The translations under genes were made by a program, and so were the position numbers. A stretch of DNA of 63,713 nucleotides, filler included, from Reticulomyxa filosa (taxonomy: Eukaryota > Protista > Foraminifera), in the NCBI GenBank assembly GCA_000512085.1. It is 25 parts of 25 records of this genome, joined end to end, with 100 filler letters (N's around TTAATTAATTAA, not from the genome) between each part and the next. Parts side by side here need not be neighbours in the genome. Positions count along the whole stretch, not along the records: positions 50,626 to 52,211 come from ASPP01013490.1; positions 52,312 to 53,374 come from ASPP01021724.1; positions 53,475 to 57,667 come from ASPP01022656.1; positions 57,768 to 61,436 come from ASPP01037404.1; positions 61,537 to 62,613 come from ASPP01041995.1; positions 62,714 to 63,713 come from ASPP01036232.1; 19 more parts are not named here. The stretch is one strand, 5' to 3'. Shown here piece after piece: positions 51,863 through 63,713 of this stretch. The stretch's first letter is position 1; each line of letters opens with the position of its first letter. A model generated the notes under the pieces. It was given only the letters and a program-made list of their open reading frames with translations, was not told the origin of the DNA and did not search any database.

Positions 51863-52719
51863 CCTTGATAGTCGCCTTAACGAACACGATTTTTGCTTGT
51901 AGTTGTTTGAATAATCAATTTTCAAGGTATTTACCCCTTCTTGTCGTAATCGTAACCCAACATGAAAAAAGCAATATAGAACCACTTGAAATTTCAGTAT
52001 TGACAAAGAACAAAAAAATTGGAAAAATATCAGTGAATATGATTTAAAAGAAAGTTAAGTTGATTTATAATAATATTATAATAATTTTAATATTTGTTAG
52101 GGTATACGTCATGTACAGTAGGTTGCAAAGAAAACTGAACGCCTAAAACATATCTTATGATGATAATTGATTTTCTCAATGAAAAATCAACATTTAGACC
52201 TAATTTTTTTTNNNNNNNNNNNNNNNNNNNNNNNNNNNNNNNNNNNNNNNNNNNNTTAATTAATTAANNNNNNNNNNNNNNNNNNNNNNNNNNNNNNNNN
52301 NNNNNNNNNNNGCTTGCCTCCTGCACTTGTTAGTCCTTTTGAAAGTTTCAAAATCGAAGATATCGGCAATGAGTATAAGAAACAATGAATTTTTCAAAAT
52401 AACCCAAATAGTCCGAAAAAAAAGTTTTACTGTGAGATTTTTTGACACTTTAAGAGTCTTTTGTTATTGAAGCGGACGGCACTTGAAGATTTTTGCTTGC
52501 ATCCCATCAACAAGAGCCATTTAGACGTGTGCAAATCCCTCTCAAATTTTTTCACAGCCGAGACCAAAATAATTTCAAAAGAAAACTGTATTGTGGAATG
52601 GAAAGCCAAGAAAACAATCAGTATCATTCTGATTTGATTGTTCGCAATGCATTCTCAAAAGAAATACTCTTGGTCATAAAAACACGTGTGAAATAGAAGT
52701 TTACAGAAAATTTGAATAA

Positions 52720-53130
52720 CATTCTATACTTATTGCGATTGCATACTTTTCTCATACTTCTGGCCTCTTCAGCATTCCATGCAGTTTTTTTTGCCTAAAT
52801 TCCAATTTGAATCGTCAACAGATTTATTTGCATCTCCAAACATTGTTTCCTTGTTTGCAATGACTTTTTATAATATTCTATCGTCTTATAATACTGTTGA
52901 TTTCTTTTATATAGCCCAGGCAACACCAATGTGATTTTCTCCAAAAATAGCTACTTGTATTTTAAAGATTTTTGGTAATATTTTACTGCTATACCATACT
53001 CTGTTTTGCAATAAAAAGAATGCCCTAAATTGAAATACAATTGTCAACAAAAGAATAAGTGATTTCAAAGATATTGAATATATTCTCTATTGCTTTTTGG
53101 CAGAAGTGAGTTGCTTTTTCATTTTGTTAT
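52720..53130 (-). pseudogene. Decayed TPR-repeat gene
   Basis: YFNLGHSFYCKTEYGIAVKYYQKS.KIQVAIFGENHIGVA is a TPR-like repeat, interrupted by frameshifts and stops. Confidence 0.55.
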
Positions 53131-54649
53131 GGACAAATCCAAATTGTTACAAGAAACAGAAACAAAAGAGTGATTCGATCAAAAAATATCAATTGTAATT
53201 TGTAAAAATTTTTGACCATAAAATATGGACACCTTTCTTTTTGAATGAAATATTATGTTATATTTTTCTCATTGTTATCATTATTGTCTATTATTCTGGC
53301 AAAGCCAAAGTCACACAGTTTTAACAATGGTCGAGGAGACACATTAATAAGTAAGTTTTCTGGTTTGATATCTCNNNNNNNNNNNNNNNNNNNNNNNNNN
53401 NNNNNNNNNNNNNNNNNNTTAATTAATTAANNNNNNNNNNNNNNNNNNNNNNNNNNNNNNNNNNNNNNNNNNNNTTACTATGAGTCTCCAGCGTATACTC
53501 CAATATTCACCCACTCAACAACTTCTTTTTTTTTTTTGGTTTCAAACCACTTTCATGTCGGCACTGATTCTTCTGACCTTTGATAACAGGTACGTATAAA
53601 TGTGTATATACATCTGTACTTTCTTTTAATTGACATTAGCACCACATTTTTTTTTGTAGAGCCAGTGGATTGCAGTGAACTCGGTGAAAGCGTTGGATTG
53701 TGATTGGAAGTATTTGATGGTGACGGAAGCATGTAATCGTTAATATTATATGGCGATTGATTGCTGTAGACGGTAATATATGGCTGTGGATGGCTGTGCA
53801 TAGTTTATTGCGATTGATAATGTAAGTTACCACTATCGCAATAATTACACAACAATCAATTTTATTGCAATTGTTGTATCAATAATAGTACCAATGGTGC
53901 CTGCAAGATTGTTTCTATGGTGATTGTACCGAAAATAGTAAAAATTGGACACCAATATCGATATTCAACGATGAAACAATTACCTCCAAATATTGAAACT
54001 AATTCCAATGTCAAACGTTGGAGTCTGTTCTTGCTATTTTCTTCCTCTTTGCTCACTATTTTCACGATTCCAATCCCTGTGATTCTGTTGTCGCAAGTTC
54101 AAGCCTGTCGTCCGAAGAAAAAGAAAAACAAGCTGTAATGTCTTGTCAAATTATCAATAATTTCTGTGAGTTTTTTTTTGACGCCTCTAAGAAAATAAAA
54201 CCAAAAAGTTTTGTAAAAAGCGTTCACTTCTTGTTGTCTTCCAAAAAGGAAATTTAAATTGAGATTATTTTCATTCAATCAATTTCATCTTTTATTAACC
54301 AAACCAACACTTTGTCACAAATGAACGTGATCGTGTTTGGCTGATGATTTATTTATTTGTGATATTTGGAATTTTAGTAACCAAAGTTTTAAGAAAACCG
54401 AAAAAGGAGAAACAAATCAAAAAATGAGAAAACTACAGTGTAACATGGTGAGAAAATTACATTGAATTACCCCACACTACACGCAATGAGCAAATGTATG
54501 CACAGTTGCTATAAACAAATCTTTTTTTTCCATGTCCATTAACCCAGTGATCAAAAAAAAAAAAATTATGCACACTGACTTGTCATTTATTTATTTTGTT
54601 TTTTTTTTTTTTTAAAGTTGTCATTGGCAAAAAGAATCTCTAAATAAGT

Positions 54650-55821
54650 TTATCTCACCTCTACCTCATCTGCTATCACTTGGTCGCGCGTTGAGCGTTT
54701 TTGGTTGTTTCCCAAACTACAACAAGAAAACAATAGTTTGATGATACTCGCGGAAATAACCATTTTCCCAACGGGCGAATGTTTACAAGAAGAGCTTAAA
54801 TCACTGTACAGAACGCAACCACAAATACTCCAAGCAAGGAGGAACAAGTGAATAAGACTGAACAAGCGAGAGATTGGGCCCATTTTGCTTCGTATTCGTT
54901 GTGTCATTTCGACTTGGTCGACATTGTCAGAAAGACCATCAAATCCTATTTTCATTACTTGGCTGACGTCAAAAAAAAAAAAAAAAAAGTGTTTTTGAGG
55001 AACAATCTATTTATCTGATTCGGTGATATACATATTCAAATAAATTTTTTTTTTTTTTACTCACCAAGTGACAATACTCGAAAGGATTGCAAAGCCAATA
55101 CCAACCCACCCGGCAACGATAAGGTAAGTGTTGGGATCCACAAAGTATGAGCCCGTTGTACAAAAGGTATTCAATTTGGGCCCATGACCGATTACAACTG
55201 CAGCAATATCCACCGCACTAAATGTTAACAATACGCAAACCGTCATGCACATCGCCACCCCAAGTCCTGCTGTCAGAACTATCAATTTTTTTTGAAAAAA
55301 TTTTAAGTACTTCATCATATTTTTTACGGGAGGGGTGAGAAGGGAGAAGAATGAGGGAGGGGGGAAAGGGGGGCTTCTTTTAAAAAAAAAAAAGAAAAAA
55401 AAAAAACAAATGTCGCACATCTCTGAGCCATCTCCGCACTGGACGTTCGACGTAAGACAGGAGGAGCATCTGCCCCTGGCTCATTTGTGGCAGGCGGGGT
55501 GGTGACAACTGTTGCCTCGCCTGTTTGCTGGACTCGCAATGCGAGTTGCAGCGTTTGTCCTGATGTGACATTACATTGCTCTAGTGTCTCGTCGTTGAGG
55601 AGCTCACGACCTTTTTATTAATTTTGTAGTTTGTTTGCTTATTTTATTTTTTTTTTAAGACTGGTAGGAAGAAACTTTTTTTTACCAGCAAATATAAGTC
55701 TCATTCGTTCGACATCAATTCCTTCCTTTTCGTTAATTCCCTTCTTTATGTCCAGTATTGTTTTTTGACTGGCATAATCTAATTCGACGACTGTATTATC
55801 TTGTTTTTTTACACGAAGCAT
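54650..55821 (-). CDS. Ubiquitin-like domain fused to a four-transmembrane domain, 4 exons, apparently complete
   Basis: MLRVKK...TILDIKKGINEKEGIDVERMRLIFAG|RELLNDETLEQCNVTSGQTLQLALRVQ, a Pro/Thr linker, then four hydrophobic helices. Three GT-AG introns keep the frame. Confidence 0.8.
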
Positions 55822-56432
55822 ATTTTATTGTTGCTTATTTTTTATAAACTGAAAAGCGTTTGCTCCCGAAACAGATATTTATGGGGCTCCCTTTTGACAG
55901 CTGAACCTTTGGAAACTCGTAGATTTTCTATTGTGAAACGAAAAGTAGTTTAAAAATGTACCCATTTTTAATTGTTATATTTAATAGATTATCTAACAAG
56001 GTCATATTATACGCTAGTTCATCCTACAATTATTCTGCTCTTACTCTGGATATCAGCGATAGTGTTAATTTTCAACAAAAATACTCCGAAATGAAGGAAT
56101 AAAAAAGCCCAGTTTATCTCCAAAATGCAAACAAGCAATATATATTCCAAATTTGAACAATTAGAACAATTTTTATTTACGTTCATTCCCAGGTTGTTTG
56201 ACAAAACAACCTCAAACAAAAAACAAGCAATTAATTGACAACTAAGTAGGGAAATTACTAAACATAACATATATTTTGTTTGTTTGCAATTGCACCAAAA
56301 AATTGGACAGAAAAAAAACATACACAAACCAATTAACAAAACAAACAAGCCAAATCCCAAATAGAAAGATAGCTACATCAGAAAATTCTTTTCTTTTCCT
56401 AATATTCCTCCCTTTTTTTTTCTAATTTTTGT

Positions 56433-57635
56433 TCAGATCATTCCAACATCACGCATGGCCCGTTTGATTGATGCAACGTGAACTTTAGCAATAATGGACT
56501 GCATCATTGCGGTATCCAAGCAGCATGTATTATGAAAAAACAAGCTTCTTTTGTCACGCCATTGTTCAGGGCTCTCACTGAACCAAATTGATTCGAACCG
56601 ATCTTGAACGTACTTGATGACTTTTTCTTTGTCGTTTGTTTCATTAAAAGACGGATCAAAGCACGTAAATGGTATAGTCTTTAGCTTTTCCTCCAACAAA
56701 TCCACCTAACATTAATTTTCATTTTAACAGAAAAAAAAGGGGGGGGGGGAGGAAAGAAAAAAAGGGGCGTATTTTTTTTGCACATTAATAGGTTACGTTT
56801 TATAAAATAAAATAAAAAAGTGGGAGGCGAACAGAAAAGGAGAGCACTAAGAAAAAAAAAAAAAAAAAAACAAAACTTTGTTTAAAAATAAAACAAAGTC
56901 CGTGGTCTCAAAAGACGAATTGTTGACAATTTGTTGAAACACGCCAAAAGACTCGTCATAACATCTAACATCAACACTTTCATAAATGACTTGGTCGTAT
57001 CCGCTCAGTGACATGACGTAAATGACGACATTGACGCCGTTGAAGACTTTGATCCATTTCTTGCGTTCGCTGCGCTGTCCCCCGACGTCCGTAAGTCGAA
57101 CAGTCCACGTACGGTTTTGAATACGCGTAGGTATGTCGTAAGTCAACACACCCGTGGTTTGATCACGTATACGTAAGTAGTCTTCCCAATGTGGAACGTA
57201 GCGCATCTCCTTGGCGTCGATTGCTCCCACTTGATTGTTTTGGCCATTTACATACAACTCTTCAATTCGATCTAAAAAATATGGGGTATTGTCCATTACA
57301 TGCTGCTTCCGACGATACTCAAATGTCTTTTTTATTCCCGGACAACCCCAGATTTTCGCAATTTGCCCCGCTCGCGTTTTATCGATCTTTGCTCGCGTAA
57401 AAAACACTGTGCTGTCTTTCGCTATTGAATCTATCAGGTTTCGACACGCGTCATCTTCGATTGCAAATTCTGGGTTTGCTTCACGCTCTCGTAAATTACA
57501 TGCGCACAAATCAAACACGTCGTAACATAACATTCGATGGATATCTTCCAAACACTGCGCTGGGTCAAATATTGCGCTTTCTTTTCCTTTTTCTTCTTCT
57601 TCTTGATGTGATGATTTCAATATTTGCTTCACTAC
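56433..57635 (-). CDS. Heterotrimeric G-protein alpha subunit, 5' truncated
   Basis: DYLRIRDQTTGV, DVGGQRSERKKW, LFLNK|VDL (intron 56876-56706), TCCLDT. Confidence 0.93.
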
Positions 57636-58639
57636 GGTACTTTTACCACTCCTTTTTTTTTTTTTTTNNNNNNNNNNNNNNNNNNNNNNNNNNNNNNNNN
57701 NNNNNNNNNNNTTAATTAATTAANNNNNNNNNNNNNNNNNNNNNNNNNNNNNNNNNNNNNNNNNNNNCGAATATACTCCCCAACGATACCAATATTGGTA
57801 AAGGTATTGTTAGACTGTCCAACGTCACTACCGGAAGTGAATGAATCTTTTCACTTTTTTTTTTTAGAACAACAACAAAAAAGGGACTCCAGTACCAAGC
57901 CAACTCTATCCACAAGTTATATACATGTATATGTATATACAAACGACCCTCCAAAGTCTTTATGTGATTGAGAAGATGTCACATCAAAAGTTGTTGCTAA
58001 CGTTATTGGCACGCTCAAATAATAATAAAAAACCCACAGGAACTACGATATCTCCGGTCAACTGCTACAATAGTAACAGCAATGTGAACGCAAGCAACGC
58101 ACACGCGAATAATAGGAACAGTACACACAGCGTGGGCGTCATCGACGACAAGGCAAGCGCGACGATATACGCCACGATATCGACGTCGAAGAAAGATTCC
58201 ATTGTGGCCCGATGGTTACTACTTTCTACTGCTATGAGCGTGACCAAGACAAGGTCAAAGAGTCAAGTGCGGCCAACTCCAATGGTGCTGCTAGTAGTGG
58301 TGGATGAGGAAATGCAAAGTCTGTCGCTCAAAGCAATTCTAACGAGCCTTTGTCCTTTGATTGTGTCACAGTAAAGCAGTCTAATCAGTTAGTCAAGCAA
58401 GCAATTTCATTTTTTTTTATTGTATATGTGTGTGTATGTATTTTATTATTTAAGTAATTATAACTAAAAAAAAATAGAAAATAAAAGTTTTTGCATTTGA
58501 TTGATACTCCCGTTCCCCCTCATCCATTTGGTCAGGTCTTTTTTTTTCTGCAAGTGGCAATATTAATCCAATGGTAGCGCTCAGTAACAACTGTAATAAC
58601 ATAATCTATGAATGTGAATAACTCCAAAAATGAAAGTAT

Positions 58640-58994
58640 AATGAGCAATGGAGGATAGCCGACAAGCAATAGCAATAATAACAATAATAATGGCGGATAA
58701 AAGAATTTGTCGCATACCAGATTCACCGGGCCTATGTTCAATCAAGAAACGTTTGACTCAATATTTCCAGTGACATTTGTGGAGAACTTGTCCAACATAG
58801 CAGACGGCGTGAAACTGCATTACATGACCAAAGTCCAAGCCCAAGTGATTCAAGATTTGGTTGACAGCAATCACAATCAATTGTCAGATCGCTGCCACAT
58901 CATCGCTGGCGCGATGGGAAGTGGTAAGACCATAATGGTGCTTATCTTAGCTTATCTTTGTTTTTATTATTGTACCGCAAACATCAAGAATTGA
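58640..58994 (+). CDS. P-loop NTPase (SF2 helicase-like) fragment
   Basis: MTKVQAQVI...IIAGAMGSGKT resembles a Q-motif plus Walker A. No downstream helicase motifs were found. Confidence 0.35.
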
Positions 58995-61356
58995 CATTAT
59001 CGTCAACGTTTCGTACATATAGCACATATATACACGAATAATAATAATTATATAAATATAAATATGTATATTTTGTTTTGTTTACATAAAACTAAAAGTG
59101 GTTGGAACGTGCTCATTGCGTTTGCAAATTTCGCGTGCATTCGGCAAGCCGAAAATATGCTTTTCTTGACCCTCAGCGCCTTCAGAAAGGTTGCATTTGT
59201 TTGTTAGGACATCGGATAGCTTTGGTCCGGTACTGTCGCAACATTTGCATAGTCTAATCATGTTGCAAGCGGAAACATTGTTTTGCTCGAGACAATCAAG
59301 CTTTTTTCAATATGCTTCAGCACGTGTTAAACGCGCAATGTACGCCTACTGTGGACTCCGCATCTCTTTACATGCACTAAAGTTAAATAGTTTAAACAAT
59401 GGTGTTTATCATAAATTGAAAAAAGAACAGTTCCCACTCACAAACAAAATGCACCAATACAAAAGCAGAAATATACAATATCATTAAACAAGCGACAGCA
59501 AACTTGCAAATGGCTTTTTTTGTTTGGCTGGAGCATTAAGATAATTTTCTATTATCGCATACTGGACATACCGACTGAAGATATGATGCAAGGTTACCGT
59601 CATAATTGTTGTGTTAAGTAGATCTAAAAATATATAAATATAATTATGTATATATTTTGATATCTAAGTACTCGGAGTTGTCGTAGCGCAGCACGTGTTG
59701 CAAGGATCTGCTGTTGTAGTGATTCATCGACATTTCATCAGCCGTGTCTGTAAACATAGACTGCAAAAACGCCTTGCCCGGTTAGATCAGTTACCAGACA
59801 CAACTTGACACAAGTACACTGCTGTGTCCTCGCGACAGAGAAGCTTGAACAACTACTCGATATGACGGATGGGCACGCTGCGATCGTCCAACAGCTTTTC
59901 TTGTTCTGGCAAGCTCCTGCTCCTCAACCAGATCCAACAAACTGTATTTCAACTGCTCCAATATTCGCGAGTCCAGTTTGTCTTTCTGTTTTTCATTTGC
60001 TTCAAAAAGTACTTTTTGCTTCATCTCATTCCTACCCCAATTTTTTTTGATACGTATACGTTAATTTTTTTTTTTTTGCTTTTACTGTTGATCATAAACG
60101 TGTTCTTGTTCTTGCTTTTGGGAGAAGAAGAATCATTCGCAACTGGAGATGTGTTTTTTTAATGAAATTGATATTGTTGTTGATTCGACTATCTTTGCGA
60201 GTGTCCTGTATGTTCGAATGAGACCAATGCCGGTTGCGGTCATAGCTGGAGGTTAGTCATCAGTCGTGTCAATCCCATCACCGATGTTTCAATGGCTTTG
60301 TTTACAAAAGACATTGGGTTCAATAGTAGCAGCGTCGTCTTTGGCTGTGTCTTGGTTGCTGTCGCGATTGCGTCTGTAGTCACTGTCGTTTTCATAGGTT
60401 TTTTATTGGAGAGCCTATCTACGTGGCTTTACTTGTTGCAAAATTTGCCTTGTTTGGTGAGTGCATTGTACCAGCAGCAGTAGCAGTATTAGGCTGGTTC
60501 GTGCCGATGAGCCGATAGTTCAAAGAACTGACAAAATGCTCTTCTTCTTCGTCATCATCTTGCTGATTGAATTGGAAAAGTCCAGGAAGTCTAGTCGCGG
60601 ATAATACTGCAGCGATACGTACCTATATCTATGTCCATACGTGGGGGGGGAGTGTGAGGGATGGGGATAGTGACTCTTTGGCTGCATACTGTTTTATTGA
60701 AATCTCATGTTGTTGTTCTGTTGTTGATATTAACTAACCTTTGATACTGTTGTGGTTCTCTTGCCACGATTACGTTTCCATCATTTCGAAACCTTGTTCC
60801 TAATGTTCATCATCGTTTTTGGGTATACGTACAAAGATCAACATTGATAATAAACTGATGGCTATTGCTGCTATTGCCATTTTGTCATCCAAGTGTATAT
60901 TATCATTGCCACTTCGCTGTTGGAAATGCAATGGGCATATCGAATTCATTGGCATGTTGTATTATTTATCAGGACCGAATTTTTTTTATTATTTTTATTT
61001 ATACATTAAAAAAAAAAATTGCGTAAATATATTATGATGCATAATTAATAAAGAGTGGTTTTGCACACACAATAGAATACTTTTAATTGCTATTGATATG
61101 GGTTATATCTTTTTGTAAATTCAAAAAAGTTTTTAGCAAACACCTTTATTGACAGAAAAAGTCAAGTTTTTTTTATCATTATCATCATCAAAAGGACAAG
61201 AAGTGAATGTTCTTCTTTAAAAAAAGTCTATTGTGCTTTTGAATCATCTTAGCTCAAAGAAAAAGTAAAGTAAAAAATGGTGATGAAAATGTAAGTATAT
61301 TGTACGCTTTATCTTAATACGAACATGACGATTATTTGAATTTATTCTGAACAGTC

Positions 61357-61436
61357 TTGAAAATTTTAACTGGAAAAACAATCACGTTGGATGTCGAGCC
61401 CAACGACACGATCCAGAACGTGAAAGCCAAAATCCA
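61357..61436 (+). CDS. Ubiquitin N-terminal fragment at contig end
   Basis: LKILTGKTITLDVEPNDTIQNVKAKI, following an AG acceptor at 61354. Confidence 0.8.
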
Positions 61437-62864
61437 NNNNNNNNNNNNNNNNNNNNNNNNNNNNNNNNNNNNNNNNNNNNTTAATTAATTAANNNNNNNN
61501 NNNNNNNNNNNNNNNNNNNNNNNNNNNNNNNNNNNNAATAATAATGTCGCCAATCTCATTGCATTGTTGATCCAAGTGCTAAAGAAATGTCAAGAGTACT
61601 TGAAACAACTGACGACCAATCCATCCTATCACTATGACAATCCGCAACGATTTAGACATATGAAAAATGAAACGGTGATATTGGAATATGCATGATGAAA
61701 ATGAAATGACCTCCGAAATTGTGGTGCTTATCGATCAGATCATTGCCGACAATATGTCCTTATTTGCAACCGGCGTGGAGATACCTATACAATTGATTCA
61801 TCGACGACGTGAAAATAATATCAATGCTATCAAAGGTATCAATGTTGAAATCATTGGTATTGTGGTCTCTTCTTTCATCCAGTATCACATTGAAATCAAA
61901 ATGGAAAGGACGAATAACGGAAATGAGGATTATCAGAACGATAATTACAATAGTAATGACAATCTTTTGAACGGTGAAATGCAGACCAATTATGAACAAA
62001 AGATGAGACAACAGTATGAATTCTCTGTATTGCAATTCTTGGTCATATTTTTGTGTTTAAAACAGTGTAGTTCAGCTGGATTATTTACGATTTGTTAAAA
62101 ATTATAACCAAAAAAAGTTCCCCACTGTTGTTAGTTGGCTGTATTTTAACATTAAATAATGCGAATGATATATAAATATTTTTAGGAAAAGATAAAACTG
62201 CATGCAACTATTTGAAGAGTTAATTAATGAATCAGCGACAAAAGGATTATTTGATCTGAAAGTGTCAATATAAAGTTTATTGTTGTGAGTGAGTTATTGC
62301 TTTTTTTTCAAAATTTTGATTTAATTAGAATATATTCAAATAATTGTCAATTTGCATCTTTTAGTGTTTGGCATCAGTCAAATCAAACAAGTTTAATATC
62401 AATTTACTTTTCTTTTAATAAAACCTTTCAAACAAAAACACTTTCATTTCTTATTCGATAAAAAAAGTAAATTATCCCCAAACACGAATGGGACCTTTGC
62501 GTGAACCATAACACAAATTCAAATCATATTTAATATTCTTTGTCTTCTCTTTCTTTTTCAATTCAATACATTTAAGACAATATATTCCATCATCTTCTTT
62601 ATCATCTCCTTTGNNNNNNNNNNNNNNNNNNNNNNNNNNNNNNNNNNNNNNNNNNNNTTAATTAATTAANNNNNNNNNNNNNNNNNNNNNNNNNNNNNNN
62701 NNNNNNNNNNNNNTTTTTTTTTTTTTTTTTTGGGAAAATATTCGATAATTAAAAGAGAAAAAAACCAGCAAAAAGAGATAAAAAAACAAATCAGAGAAAT
62801 ATTAGTAATAGTATTTAAAGAGAGGAGGAAAAAAACAAAAAAATGTTTAAAATAAAACAGTGAC

Positions 62865-63713
62865 TTAATGAACTTGTTGGTGAAACCAATGATCAAAAAG
62901 TCGTCTGACATCTCTTCGTCCAGCAGCAACTAAAGCATGGATGCCCTCAGTGGCACCATCCCTATCAGAGTCTAACAACAGCATATTTTTGAAATAGTCG
63001 ATATCTTTTTCATGCATTAATTCGGGCATGCCAGCAGGGACCATTAAAGCAAATAAGACCAACAACAGTCGAGACTCTTGTCGCAAGACAAGGAAGGCTT
63101 CGGCAACCCAAGCTAAGAAGTCGTCATATTTCGAGGCTTGGTCGATGCAATACTTCATAGCCGGAGTGAAAAGTAGAGGCACTTTTTCTCTGTCCATGCC
63201 CATTTTTTTTTTGAAGTTGCCTAAAAAGTGGCCAAAATCGATATGAAAAAAATGCCCTCGATCAGTGACCAAAACATTGGATGGATGTCGATCCCCAATT
63301 CCCAACACACTTGTGGCAACACAATATCCTGCGCAAGAGCGCGTAAAGTTTTCACGCGCTTTAATCAAATCATCTGTTCCAGGATTATGCTTGACAATGT
63401 ACATATCAATACTTTCTTTGGCAAATGTGCCATACGTTTTGTTGATATCTTTGACAGTGACGGATGGCAACACGATCTCTAACATACCTACGCCTTCGTT
63501 ATTCGCGTTGACTCCAGTCGACAATACGCGATAAGGTTTCAAGTGCAAGTCGATTTTATGTTGGAGCCACATTTGATCCATGATTTCCAAAATTTGAATA
63601 GTCAGCATATCTTGTCGCAAATCATCGCCGGACTTGAACAGCACAGTGATAGCTTTCGCAAAAGGGTCACTATTTTCCAACTCTAACCACAAAGGTACCT
63701 TGGCCGAGTCCAT
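62865..63713 (-). CDS. Phosphoinositide 3-kinase catalytic domain (class I/II-like), C-terminal part
   Basis: MDSAKVPLWL, FKSGDDLRQDMLTIQ, FTRSCAGYCVAT.VLGIGDRH, HIDFGHFLGNFK, REKVP. Confidence 0.95.
   Translation of the reverse strand: MDSAKVPLWLELENSDPFAKAITVLFKSGDDLRQDMLTIQILEIMDQMWLQHKIDLHLKPYRVLSTGVNANNEGVGMLEIVLPSVTVKDINKTYGTFAKESIDMYIVKHNPGTDDLIKARENFTRSCAGYCVATSVLGIGDRHPSNVLVTDRGHFFHIDFGHFLGNFKKKMGMDREKVPLLFTPAMKYCIDQASKYDDFLAWVAEAFLVLRQESRLLLVLFALMVPAGMPELMHEKDIDYFKNMLLLDSDRDGATEGIHALVAAGRRDVRRLFDHWFHQQVH

Noticed and set aside
59100-60960. Coding-like minus-strand stretch with stops and frame changes
   Set aside because: Probably a decayed gene, but no family could be recognised.
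1116-62713. Regularly recurring TTAATTAATTAA flanked by N runs, superficially CRISPR-like
   Set aside because: It is a fixed 100-nt artificial linker with stops in six frames. ORFs containing X runs or ending in LIN are artefacts.

Overview
This window is not one locus. It holds 25 short contigs joined by 24 identical 100-nt artificial spacers (44 N + TTAATTAATTAA + 44 N), so adjacency across spacers means nothing. Almost all contigs are AT-rich eukaryotic DNA with short GT-AG introns and many decayed Kelch/WD40/TPR pseudogenes. This style suggests a foraminiferan such as Reticulomyxa filosa, which is my inference and not a database match. Recognisable genes, many spliced and missed or split by the ORF track: a multi-PH protein, ECM29, WDR70, an SPX-domain exon, a CocE/NonD hydrolase, MOB1, eIF3h, SANBR/KIAA1841, UMP1/POMP, an atypical Rab, an XK-like membrane protein, a Ser/Thr kinase, a UBL-4TM protein, G-alpha, ubiquitin and PI3K. 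There are also LINE and Tc1 remnants, a scrambled clathrin heavy-chain relic and one bacterial pilC-pilD contig. The most striking observation is at 33732-35085: a spliced gene joining a class-3 lipase domain with an intact-looking Ser-Asp-His triad to poly-proline tracts and a WASP/WAVE-type WH2-Central-Acidic (VCA) tail. It is a candidate lipase-coupled Arp2/3 nucleation-promoting factor. All family calls come from motif recognition by eye, not from searches.
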